Shown: positions 1 through 11,328 of the stretch, in pieces
How positions within the stretch are numbered: the first letter of the stretch is position 1
Layout: the number at the start of each line of letters is the position of its first letter
From: Psammoneis japonica
Taxonomy: Eukaryota
Length of the DNA stretch: 64,000 nt
Direction: 5' to 3'
Assembly: GCA_008632985.1 (NCBI GenBank)
Contig: QPGO01000001.1
Location: 240,600-304,599, forward strand
The notes under the pieces: generated by a model
What the model was told of the DNA's origin: nothing
Seen by the model: only the letters and a program-made list of their open reading frames with translations
Databases searched by the model: none
Program-made: the position numbers and the translations under genes

Positions 1-326
1 TGTGAGATGGATGCTGGGGCTGTTGCAAGAGTGCCCCCAATCAATTTGTCCCAACTGTCACAGAATTTGCAATTGCCTCTGTCACAGCAGTGGCCAATGT
101 CACAGCAGGGTGACCAACTCTGCCATCAACTCCCACCACGGGACAACAGTCACCTGTTTGGTGGGGTGCAATGTGGGTGGAACCAATCTGATGACTGTGC
201 TGATTTAAATCCTCAGTCACAACTTGTTCATCCCAGCAATTTAGCACAAAGTGCGTGAGGAAAATGCATTGCAAAAGATCTTTGTACAATGCACACTTCA
301 TTCCATTAAAAGATGTTGTTACAAAA

Positions 327-1736
327 TTAAGACACAGAAGAACACAGGCTTTTTCTTGGCCATTTTTTCCAAGGAGAATTCATGACAGGTTGAATCTCCC
401 AAGCACGAAGACGTCTTTTGGTCTTCTGCACCTTCATCACTGACCCAACTTCCTCTGCCTCATGAAGAATTGTCTCAATGGATTTCTCTGTAAAAGGCTT
501 TCCACCAAGCACATCATCCAACAACCACTTTGTCTGAAAATGATTTCCTGCTGGCTTGTCCACCAAATTTTTCACTGTCTTGTAGCTGCCAGCTGTTTCT
601 CTGCTTGACAAGTGAAGAACTTCTAACCAACTGCAACAACCTGTGACAATTTGCTCGTTGATTGCTTTCCTTGACAAATCAACCAAGCCTTTGGCCACAT
701 GGATTGAATCAAATCGAGTGTCAGAGCTGAGCAAAGGCAAAAAGCAATTCTTGGTGCCTTTGGATGAATCCAAACGCTTGATTGGTGCAAAAATGAGAAG
801 TCCAGTGCCCCATGCATCTTGCTCCTCCACTTGCAGCTTTTTCAAAGCTGCTTCACGGCGATCAAATGTTTCTGAAATCCCATTTGAAACACGCCTCCAC
901 ACGTCACTGGCTTCATGGCAATCAATGAAGGTGGATGTTCCACGCATGGGAATGGAAGATGACATTGCATGTGGCTGATCATGGTGCACAGATGCAGTGA
1001 GCACAGTGCCCAACTGAAGCCATTTTCCCATGGTGACACAAGTGGCTGATTCAAGAAATGATTTTGGCTTCCCAGTGCAAAGAAGCATTGTCCCACTTCC
1101 ACCACCTGTCACAACTTCATCCACAACAATGCCAAAGCTGTGATGTTTTGCCAAGTTACCAAGCCTGGACAGAAACCGGTCACTGAGTGTTGCACCATTG
1201 TTGGCAAGCATGAGTTCCATGAGCAAAGCAGTTGTTGGGTGATGCTTCATTTTTTGAATCAAACACCGAATGTGAAGATGCTGCAAACACCTGTCCTCAC
1301 ATTGCTCAAGCTCTTCATTGCTCATGGTGCCTGGCACATGACAGGGAAATGGCACAGTGTGCTTTTTCGTAAACTGATTAGAAACCATGCTTGGTGGCAC
1401 AATTTTTGATGGACCCATGTCAGCACTGAACAGACTTGCAGTCCAACTGTGAACAGGACCACAATCACCAGCAACACAGCTGCCACATGCAGTGAGGCAA
1501 CCTTCATCATTGCCTGTTGTGACAGAGTTGACAGCAAAAAGATTTGCATCAGAACCATTTGGCAATGCTTTGTAGAGAATGAAACTTCCTCCAAACTCTT
1601 TTTCAACCAAGGCATCAAGAGCAGTGATGCTGAAGGGATCAGCTTCATTGTCATCCATGCATTCCCAACTCCTCTTGGAGCCACTGCTCTTGATGTTTAC
1701 AAGATTGCAACCCCAGTTGTTTGCCATGTCATCCAC
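327..1736 (-). pseudogene. Class-III (PLP-dependent) aminotransferase-like ORF, hypermutated, probably repeat-borne
   Basis: Motifs NGSDAN, ELMLANNG, IVVDEVVTGG.SG and VTMGKW match the class III aminotransferase pattern (DEV.TG.R.G; T.GK). The 469 aa ORF has almost no Tyr and excess Cys/His, and the DNA is TA-depleted. Confidence 0.55.
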
Positions 1737-3008
1737 ATTGCAGAGAGTGTGTTTCTTGTTTTTGCAATTGCAGTGATGACTGTTGCTGCTCGCGTTGGCT
1801 GCTGATTTTTTGTGCCTTCTGCGAGTCTCGTAGAAATCTACATGTTTTTTCTGGTAGAGCAGGTAAGCTGCTCCACCAGAGTGACTCGCAGGTTTTCACA
1901 GTGGTTCTCGTTTGGCCGTTAGATGTATTTTATATTCGAATGTGGTTCACACATACATGAACGACATGAATGATTATGTGAATGCACATGATGCTGCCCG
2001 GCGTGGTCTGCATTTGGTCTAGCGTGAAGTGGCCCATCATGACCAGTTCTGGAGGCAAGCTTTTCGTGCTAGTTGGTGGTTCGTGTTCGCACAACCCTTC
2101 TCAACGGATGTTACTTAGGGTGACCTCGGGTTGACCTGCACCACATTGCGATGCTGCCAGTTTTCTAGACCTCTAGAAAAATCGCAACAACAAATTGATT
2201 CTCTTTTGTGGACAGCCAATCTCTAGAAAAGTGGCATCATTGCATGCATTCGACACATGTCCACCACATCCAAATTTTAAAAGAGAAAAGGCCAACAAAA
2301 CAGCACATCAAATGCCATTGCGGCCGCACTCTTCACCATGGCCAGCAAACGTGGTGGCAACGGTGGCGCCAGGAAAGGTGCTGGATGGCCTCGCATTTCC
2401 ATGACTCCTCATGGGAAGTGGAAAGAGTTTCTTTTGAGGTGAGTTGGGGGGGGGGGCTGCTGGAGAGAAAGCCCCGTTCGAAGCCGCACTAGATTCTGGC
2501 TTTCGCATCACAAACAATTCCAGCTTTCGCACCACAAACATCACTCAGCTCCACCAGACGCTCACCGCGTCAGTGAGCGATGCCGATTGCAGTGACATCT
2601 CTGCTGGATTGTTGCTCTCCGGATTGGTTGATGGCGAGATCTGTCTGGCTCCGCACGGCCGCACGAAACTCAAGTCATTTGGTGCACGGCGCTTGCGACG
2701 AGAGCAGGGAAAATGCAAAAGCCTGCAATCTCAGTTTCTGCTTTGCGACATAAAACAACATGAGTTGTCAGCCATGGTGTTGTCAATGCTTTCAACATTG
2801 TTGTCATTCCGTGAAAAAAATCCTGTGCTTTGGCCCACGAAGCGGAATTTTGAACGGAGAAATGTCATTTGAACAGACACCGCAAGTGAGTTGAATCGTT
2901 TCCGGCACCTCAGCCACAGCAAATGTAGAAAAAAGGCAGATGAGTGTGTTCTAGGCACTGTCTGCAGTCTCTTCAAAAAGCAGGGCAATCCGACCAAGTG
3001 GCCTTCTT

Positions 3009-3398
3009 GACGCGTTCCAGGTCTGGGTGGGACCTCGCACTGCTGAACTGTGACATCGACAGTTTTTTGAATCACGTCGCATGTCGCGCACGTAGATTTC
3101 TGCGTGATTTTTTCGATGTTTTGTGTCATTTTACGGTGCACTTGTTGAGCGATCCATCCAACAACTTTTGACATTTTTTGTTGCAGCGCGATTCTACAAT
3201 GTCTTAAGAATCGCGCAGGGCAGGCGCATTTGCAGAAACGTTGAGTGGCAAGAGGCACAATTGCACCACAAACTTGGCAGTTCATTTGATGTTGAAGACA
3301 AATGTGTCCATCAATTAAATTCTCGTACTGCGGAGCTCGCACGTAGAATTCTGCGGGCCCAATGTCACACGGAGTCCCGCCTGGGACTGGAACCCGTC
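3009..3398. mobile_element. MITE (~390 bp) with 12-bp TIRs and 4-bp TSD
   Basis: Ends are GACGCGTTCCAG ... CTGGAACCCGTC, flanked by TCTT at 3005-3008 and 3399-3402. A near-identical inverted copy lies at 42897-43276. Confidence 0.9.
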
Positions 3399-5751
3399 TC
3401 TTGCATTTTCATTGTTGACGACGACAACGAATCTTGATGCGGTGGGGCACACCACCAAGGCAACCCATCGTTTGTCAAGTTCTGTCAGATGAGAGCAAGC
3501 TTGTAGGTAAATTTGTCATGCGGGCAATGAGGTGGGGCCCTGTGTGTTTTCTCATCAATCTGCTCTAGCTGCCGCATCCGCAGAGCATCGCCGGTAAAAA
3601 GGTGGTAGAATCGAGAGGCTAGAGAGGACGAGAATGACCAATGAGAGCACATTCCCTCTCTCCACTCACCAGGAGTTGCTGACAAAGTGTGAGTGGAGGA
3701 AGCTTGCCTGCACGTGCTGCCTGGGAATCAGTCGATGCCACGCCACTGTTGCAGCGCCAGCAGGATGTCCCCGCTTGCAACGATTCCACCCCCTCCCGCG
3801 GGTCACTTCCTCCCACAGCCATTTGCCTTTCTGTCACAAGTGCCACCTGCATTTCCACCAGAGCACTGCCATCACATGATGCCTTGTCCCCCAACCTGCC
3901 AACCACATGTGCCTCCAGCAATGCTGCTCTTCCCAAAGGTGGTGCAGCAGATTGTAGATTGCCACAAAAACAATTCCATGCCCTTGAATTTTCTGTGAAA
4001 AACAAAGATTAATGAAAAACAAAAAAAAAGTGAGAAAATTGGTGAAAGCGTGATTGACAATCGAAACAGTGCTAGCCTGTCTCGAATCGCACAATCGATT
4101 TTCTGGCACACTTTGACAAAAAACCACAAATCCACAATTCTCTTGACACAAAATGTGACCAACCTTGTCGGATAGATTGTGGAAATGTCATTAAGAATGA
4201 AAAAAGAAACGGGAACAATGTTGATGTTGTGTTCTGTAACTTGCACCAAAGGTGCCATGGTCGATCGACAACCGTCGCAATGATGTCGCGGTGCTTTCAA
4301 CAAACTCAAGATTTAACATCCGGTTTACTTTTGTGCGCTGAGGCTCGCTTCGCTCGCCGTTAAATTCAAACGGTCACCAACTAGCCCAAAAAATTTGCCG
4401 TTCTGGACTGCAGTGGTGCAAAAATTTCTGCCTGATTTTTCGAGGTTGCGCGGTCGCGCGCAGACAGCGATCTGCTGAATCCTGAATCTGGAAAGTAAGC
4501 ACCTCCCGCACCTCGCACCATGACGAAAACACTCGCTGCAACGGCGGCCACCTACCGCAGATGCAGATCAAGACGTTAAAAAGAGATGCGAACCCTCTGC
4601 GCTACAACTGACTGCTTTTCAGTATCTTCTCTCGTCTGATGACGACGAGTGCTCATTGTTACGAATATACGTCACGATGAGCTTATTGTGCGGAGATGTC
4701 CACACAAAATAAGAAATGCACTCAAGTCGAGGAACGGCAATGTCTCCACTGAAGCAGTGCTTTCCCCTTGTGTCTCAATCGACTGAGGTGGGCAGAATCT
4801 ACAGTAATTTCTGGTTAGGGATGCATGAAAGCTCTGCGACACTAAACAATAACGAGCTGGCTTTTCGCATATTTCCTCTGCTGCGCATAAATGGCGAGCA
4901 AATAGTGAAGCAATATACTATTGCAACGAGAAATGTACGTAAGCAACTCGTGCTTTGTCACGAAACGATGGAACAACAACTCATTCACATGTCGCGCTTT
5001 TGCATTGTGACGGCAGAGTGTTCGTGCTTCGAGACCAAGATTTACGCAGAGCCATGAAGTATTATATTCCAAGCTTGGCCTCGTCGAAGCGTGTTGGCAA
5101 GCTCATCCCAACTCTTTTGACTTTTTTCGAAAACTTATGTCCTGCTCTCTTTCGCCACATTGTCGAATCGTTTCACGGAAAGCGTCCAACTGTGTGTCCT
5201 TCGAGAGGAAATGGTATTTATTTTCATGCCATGTGTGTATTCACTCTTCGCGAGCTTCCAAAGTTTATGGGCCTCCTCCGTAAAATTCGGAGAGAAATAG
5301 AAAGTCATCAAAACTTGTTGTTTTGGCGCACGTGTGCATTCCACTGCGCCAGAGTCATTTTCAAACTCAAAATCAACAAAACTGAGCGTGACGACGAGTT
5401 ATTTCCGGCCACTATTGAATCCGAGTGAAGGACGATATGACTGCCATTAGGTGGTTTCGTCTGTTTCCGAGGCCAGAGATGCGTCGGATAAGATCACGTC
5501 TCATCATTGTATGAATGAAATGCAAGGGCAAAGCAAAGCGTCGTTCGAGCAAAAGCGCTCTCTGCTACTACATTCTGATTGGCGCACGAAATTTTCAAAG
5601 CTACGTGTTTTGACGTATAAGTATGAAGAGAGTGCAGAGTGATACGAAACTATTCCGAAATACCGTACAATGAACACTAGAGTGAGTAGCGGCAGCAAGC
5701 GTTGCAACAAATACGTTTTCACGCCTTGGTACTTGCCGAGAATAGCAAAAC

Positions 5752-6252
5752 ATGCAGCTACCAAAGCTTGTCAAGGTGGAGGTCCTCTTGAGACGGCTGC
5801 CGCACGATAATCCCCTGGAATCTTTCTTTGGTTTTCTTGATTTGGCTGGAGAGGCGTTGAATCCCCGCAATCACCGCAAAGGAAGGTTTCGGAGCTGGTT
5901 GACTCACTTCTTACTTGTCTTAACCGATTCAGAAGGAAGTCTATACGTGCTCGAACGTACGGATACGAATGAGCAAAACGGTGGAGTAGTCTATCGCAAA
6001 TTGTCAAGCGCTGAAGAGATTGAACAAGAAGGAGCAATCGCAACGATGGAGTGGAGCGGCGAAAAGGACATGAGCAAGGTCGAGGCGTTTGCCAATGAGC
6101 AAAGGTCTTTTTCGTATAGTCTTGTCGACAAGAATTGTCAGCACTTTGCATACGACTTTTTCAGGAATGTTCTATCGGATCCCCGCGCGTTTGGTCCGTT
6201 TGAGAGGTTCACGGAAGAATGTCAATGGATTTTCGTGGACAAAGAATCCTAA
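5752..6252 (+). CDS. Permuted papain-like (PPPDE/LRAT-like, NlpC/P60 superfamily) protein
   Basis: Intact 166 aa ORF. His (LTHFLLVL) precedes the Cys motif YSLVDKNCQHFA, the Y.L...NC.HF signature. Confidence 0.7.
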   Translation: MQLPKLVKVEVLLRRLPHDNPLESFFGFLDLAGEALNPRNHRKGRFRSWLTHFLLVLTDSEGSLYVLERTDTNEQNGGVVYRKLSSAEEIEQEGAIATMEWSGEKDMSKVEAFANEQRSFSYSLVDKNCQHFAYDFFRNVLSDPRAFGPFERFTEECQWIFVDKES

Positions 6253-6432
6253 AATAGAAAGTATACGTATGTCAATGTTGAGGCGAGATGTTGTGAGTAA
6301 CAGTAATGTTTTTCTGCTCCTAGGGTTATACTGTACCTCTAGGAATGGTCAGCTCTAGCTAGCTTTCGAACCTTTCTCTCCTTTGGAGCCGGGGTCATTT
6401 GAAGAAAATAACAGTACCATATATTTATCATT

Positions 6433-7406
6433 TCATTCCTTTTCTCCCTTGAGCACCCTCACTGGACGTAACAGGTCACTTATAAATGAACGTGAACGGT
6501 TCTCGTTGAAACGTTCAACCCATTTCCACGCGGCAAATTGCGTTCCTAGCAATTGACACATCATCCTGACTGCGCGAGTGTGTCTTACAGATTCCTGGTT
6601 GAGAACAGTCACCCGAGCCAGGGCTGCGTTGCGCTCACTTTCTGGTTTTAGATACGCGAAGATTGCCTTTGCTTCCGTTCTGTCGTAACAATCTTGCCAA
6701 GCCTGCTCCACTGCGGTCCGCCAGGTTCGATCAGAAAATTCAAGTCCGCTGAATTCCACGGCAAGACGATCGATCTCATTAGACTTGAATAATCTAGAAA
6801 ACCTGCCATCAACCATTTCCTTTGGTGTCAATATGGAGTAGCTAATGCCCAAGTCGATCTTGGACTTATTCATTTGGTGAGAGTCACTGTCTTTGTACCA
6901 GTTGGTGAAGCCAATGTGGAACTTCAGTTCTGGATGACTCTTCACAAACTCGATTATTTGAGCTAAGCAATTTTTGCACGGTGCCCTGCTAATTGCAATC
7001 AAGACCTCTTTAGCCCTAACGGGCGTTGTCAGCCCATTACACAGCCAATCCAGCATTTCTATCTCTGCATGCTTCCCTTTATCCCGATTTTTAAAGACCC
7101 GGCGTGATCGCTGACACAATTCGAGGTCCCAAGTTGTCGGACTTGTCACCAGCGAGTAACAACGTGTCTCAACCAAGTACCCGACCACGAGAACCGTAGT
7201 AGGGCTTGTAAGACCCGCCGGTCCAAAATACTTCATCCATGCGACCGGAAGCTTGCGAACCCCAGCTTCGTCGTCGATGAGTGTGCGTATTTCTTCCAGC
7301 TTGCCGAGTTTGGCCTCTCCAGATTCGGCATTCTTGGCGGCAGAAAGCAATGCCTCAATCTTTGGAATCAGATTATTGGCTATCTTCTTTTGTGTTCATC
7401 CGTCAT
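6433..7406 (-). CDS. AID/APOBEC-like zinc-dependent deaminase
   Basis: FKNRDKGKHAEIEMLDWL ... ISRAPCKNCLAQIIEFVKSHPELKFHIGFTNWY carries HxE and PCxxC, and its downstream pattern parallels AID ([29 protein letters not shown]). The likely ATG at 7406 needs one extra base in the homopolymer at 7388-7391 to join the long ORF 7350-6433. Confidence 0.8.
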
Positions 7407-8869
7407 TGTGTTGCCAGAACTTAGAGACGTCCTATCTGCTGGTCTGCGGCTATGATCTAATGCACAGAATGTGACCGTGTTCCATCTCTACTCTCGGTCA
7501 CTTCAGGTTTTGCGGTTACCGTGTTTTACACTGACGTCAGGTGTCGTGATTGCAAAGCGAACATGCGGACGCCAGCCAACATCTTGATGGACCAAAAGCT
7601 CGTAAAAACCAGCAACACTTCCGGATCGCCGCTACATTGATGGTATTATTCACAACTAGTCCTATTCAAACAACGCAAACACTGTCAGTACGACCATATA
7701 TCATCAACACTATGCTAAAAAAGTACTGCTTACCATCAATGTGTTACTAAAAAGACCGTGAAAGGAGTTTGCATGTGCACCAATAGCGCAAGAGCCAACA
7801 CCGTGCGAATCCTTGTTGAATTGTTGTGGCTTGCTATTTATTCTCTGACGCCTTGAAGCTTCATTCACTACATTCACATTCTATTCGATCCATGCTTCTC
7901 ATTTTTGACGCAGGCTCTTTGTTGAAGTCGAAATACGGACTATCGCTTCCAAAATGAGTGGATAATCCGGCATGACTTTTTCTTGTGCCTGACGATGAAG
8001 CTCTCCTGAAAGCATAAGGAAAACGTCGACCAAGCCAAATAATATAACACTCACGCTTATTTTGAATGAAATGGTGATTATCAAATATATACTGTACACA
8101 TTTGTCGTCGATCGATTCATCTCGCCTTCTTTAAACCTGCTACTGATGTCAAGGCATGCATCCATTACGATAGCAACTTTCAACACGTTTTGAAACGATT
8201 TTTTTGCTGTTTTTAAACTCACTCTTCGTGATTTAAGCCATCACTTCATAATACCTCGTAAGGCCATTGTCTATTTCAACATAACGAAAGAATACAACGA
8301 GAAAAAACTGTCGTGTCGTCATGTTGGGTTGGGAGCCAACGAAACGTTCTACTGGTATCATACCGTACACTGTACGTATTATCATAGCACAAAACGCGGT
8401 GTGTTTAGTCATCGTATGATATGATGGAGTCTGTACCGGTACGCAACGGACAATCATGTCGGCACGCGTTTTACTATCATCTTTTAGGTTAAAAAAGAAT
8501 ATAAGCAATTTAATGATGTATTTTGGATTTTCTTAAAAAAAGTCTCAGTAAATCATACTCAATATATGATATAATATAAACACGTATATAAGACATTATT
8601 TTAAAATATCCGCCGAAAATTTCAAAATAGAGTACAATACTATGAATTACAGTACAGTACCAGGTATGATTGATGAATTTTTCAAAAATGAATTTGCTGG
8701 AGGTTCGGGTTCGTTGCTTCCAAACTCCTGAAACAACGTGTCGTACAGCACCGCGCAGGGATAGATGATGTCAATGTTCATCAATTGAATAGGAAGACTT
8801 CTGAACGATTCGTTGCATCAGACACACAGCACTGACAGGGAGCATCAAAAGTGTTCAGAGCAGTGCGAC

Positions 8870-10672
8870 ATGTCTTCCAGGAAAGCTACCAGCGTTCTGC
8901 CGGATTCTGTGGCTTCAGCTCCGGTTGCAGCTGCTGCAGGCCCGTTATTTGACGAAACAGAGTATGCGGAACTGCGAACACATTACTTGGAAGAGCGCAT
9001 GTGGTCCAAGGAATTGACCGATGGAATCAGTCTTCGTCCACGGCCAAAGGCATCTCGCATGGATTGTGAAAAGGGCCCGGGTTGGAAAGCTCTTCGGCAA
9101 CGTGTTGCAACATTGGAAGCAGAAAATAATCACAATGAGATATTTCGTCTTTTGTCGCAGCTCAAGCAATGGGAGCAGTTACGAGGCGTATTCCCGAGCG
9201 TTCCTGGAGGAGGTGGCACCACGAGCGACGTCCAAGAAGTCATCGATCTCACAAATGCCCCCGACGATGATGAAGTAATTGATGTAGAATCGTACATTGT
9301 CGACGTGCTTCTGGTAAAAATTGTCAAGGCCGATCCAGATTCACTCCCGGACGAGAATGCCAGCGTGCAACCCATGCCTGTAATGTCATCAACCCTTCCG
9401 GACATGGGAAACTGCGGTCCCAATCCAGAGAGTTCCACATTGCTTCCCACTCAATCTCCAACCACTGCTCAAAAGAAATTAGTTCATGCCGATTGGCAAC
9501 CCGTCGGGCAAATGCTGCATGGCAAAGCATCGGATTATTATTTTGGTGATTCTGTCGCCTTGTCTCGTGATGGTAGTGCCATGGCTGTCGGAGCGGATAA
9601 AATTTCCAATCCCGGCTATGTTGTTGTCCATCGACACAATCCAAGCAACCAACAATGGATACAAATTGGCCAAGAATTGGTTGGACAACGTCATATTGGC
9701 TATTATGGCTATTCTGTTTCATTAAATGGCGACGGCACCATTCTTGCGGTTGGAGCGCCGTCTGTCGGTCACGTTCGCGTTTTTGAATACTACTCTGCAT
9801 TGGATCGTTGGGTCCAACTCGGCAGTGACATTCTTGGACATGACGCTCGTGACCAATTTGGTGTTTCCGTGTCGCTCTCGGACGCTGGAGACATTCTTGC
9901 CGTGGGAGCTGATTTGGATGACACAGAAAATGGCTATGGTTCCGGTTCGGTTCGATTGTTTCAATACGACCGTGGCTCCTCATCCTGGAACCAACTCGGT
10001 CAAACACTCATTGGCCAAGCTCGTGATGATTCGTTTGGCAGCTCTGTTTCTTTGAATGCGCAGGGAACCATTGTTGGCGTTGGAGCGCATTGGAATGATT
10101 CGGGCGGAAACAATGCTGGTCAAGTGTCGGTGTATGAATACAATTCTGCCTCGTCAAAATGGGATCCATTGGGTGACTCAATCAATGGACAAATCGTTTA
10201 TGGTTATTTTGGATATTCTGTTTCACTTGACGACAGTGGTTTGATTGCGGCCGTGGGTGCATGTGGAAGGAAAAACGAAAGGGTTTTGGTTTATTCGTAC
10301 GACCGCTCAACTTTGACATGGAATCAACGCGGCCAAACTCTCTTGACACAACAGCCTGGTAATTATTTTGGATGGTCTGTTTCGTTGAGTGGCAATGGAA
10401 ACGTCTTGGTGGTCGGAAGTGAAGATCATGACGTCAATGGAATGGATCGAGTGGTTCAAGTTCGAAACTTTCAGCACGACAGCAATGCAGATGAATGGAA
10501 GCAAGTTGGAGATCCTTTAAATGGCGAGGCTGAGTATGATGATTTCGGAAATTCCGTGTCCTTGTCGGCCGACGGAAGCGTCGTTGGTGTTGGTGCTCCT
10601 CTACCACTAACAAACAATGCCAATTGCAGACGTTCCGGATCCGCGTATGCATTCACGGTAAACAACAATTAG
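8870..10672 (+). CDS. FG-GAP repeat (integrin-alpha-like beta-propeller) protein with unrelated N-terminal region
   Basis: Seven repeats of (Y/F)G.SVSLS.DG..LAVGA ... W.Q.G..L.G from about 9490 to the end. ATG at 8870; no signal peptide is apparent. Confidence 0.85.
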   Translation: MSSRKATSVLPDSVASAPVAAAAGPLFDETEYAELRTHYLEERMWSKELTDGISLRPRPKASRMDCEKGPGWKALRQRVATLEAENNHNEIFRLLSQLKQWEQLRGVFPSVPGGGGTTSDVQEVIDLTNAPDDDEVIDVESYIVDVLLVKIVKADPDSLPDENASVQPMPVMSSTLPDMGNCGPNPESSTLLPTQSPTTAQKKLVHADWQPVGQMLHGKASDYYFGDSVALSRDGSAMAVGADKISNPGYVVVHRHNPSNQQWIQIGQELVGQRHIGYYGYSVSLNGDGTILAVGAPSVGHVRVFEYYSALDRWVQLGSDILGHDARDQFGVSVSLSDAGDILAVGADLDDTENGYGSGSVRLFQYDRGSSSWNQLGQTLIGQARDDSFGSSVSLNAQGTIVGVGAHWNDSGGNNAGQVSVYEYNSASSKWDPLGDSINGQIVYGYFGYSVSLDDSGLIAAVGACGRKNERVLVYSYDRSTLTWNQRGQTLLTQQPGNYFGWSVSLSGNGNVLVVGSEDHDVNGMDRVVQVRNFQHDSNADEWKQVGDPLNGEAEYDDFGNSVSLSADGSVVGVGAPLPLTNNANCRRSGSAYAFTVNNN

Positions 10673-11328
10673 AAATTTATTTTTTTTTATTTCATCCTCT
10701 TGTATCAACCATGATGTAAATAGTTCATTCTTCATTGTAAGACAAATTAGTGTTGCAGCAGCACCAACGTGGGACGATTGGAGTTACGTTGTTGTTGACG
10801 AATGTCCCGTCGTGTTTGGAGGGATCTGCCCATATGTTTTATTTCTATCCTATCTCTATCACGTTCTTTGTGGTCCAGTTTTCGATCGAATCTTTTATGT
10901 TTTTCTTTCAGCGCACCGAACCTCATGTGACAAACATGAATGAAAGGTCTTTGAGTGCTAAGAAACACCATGATACAGCCGTTGTTCGGGCACATATAGG
11001 CGTTTCTTCTTCAGGTCGTCCCCAGTTTGTTTAATTTTGAGCTTCAGGTTGTATGGTACTCCCTCTTCGTTGTAGAAACTTAGTGAAATACCCAGCAAGT
11101 CTGATGAACGCGACAATCCTTGCCTATAGACACGCAATCACGCAGAAACGTTCTACAGTACTGTTGAATAGTTGATCGCGGTGTGCTTGATGCAGCATCT
11201 AGATCCCTTTGTGTCATGTGCTAATTGCTACTGTACTTACGTCACGTTGACCACGCATTGGCGGTCTCCACAAAGAAAAGGACGCATGCTATTCGACTCA
11301 GCAAGAAGCTTCCCCCGTCTCGATCAAA

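Noticed and set aside
4340..4362. GGCTCGCTTCGCTCGCC motif as a transposon terminus
   Set aside because: No partner end or TSD was found in the window.
4716..5642. Short ORFs on both strands upstream of the peptidase
   Set aside because: No recognisable motif. A fragmented minus-strand frame looks protein-like but cannot be supported.
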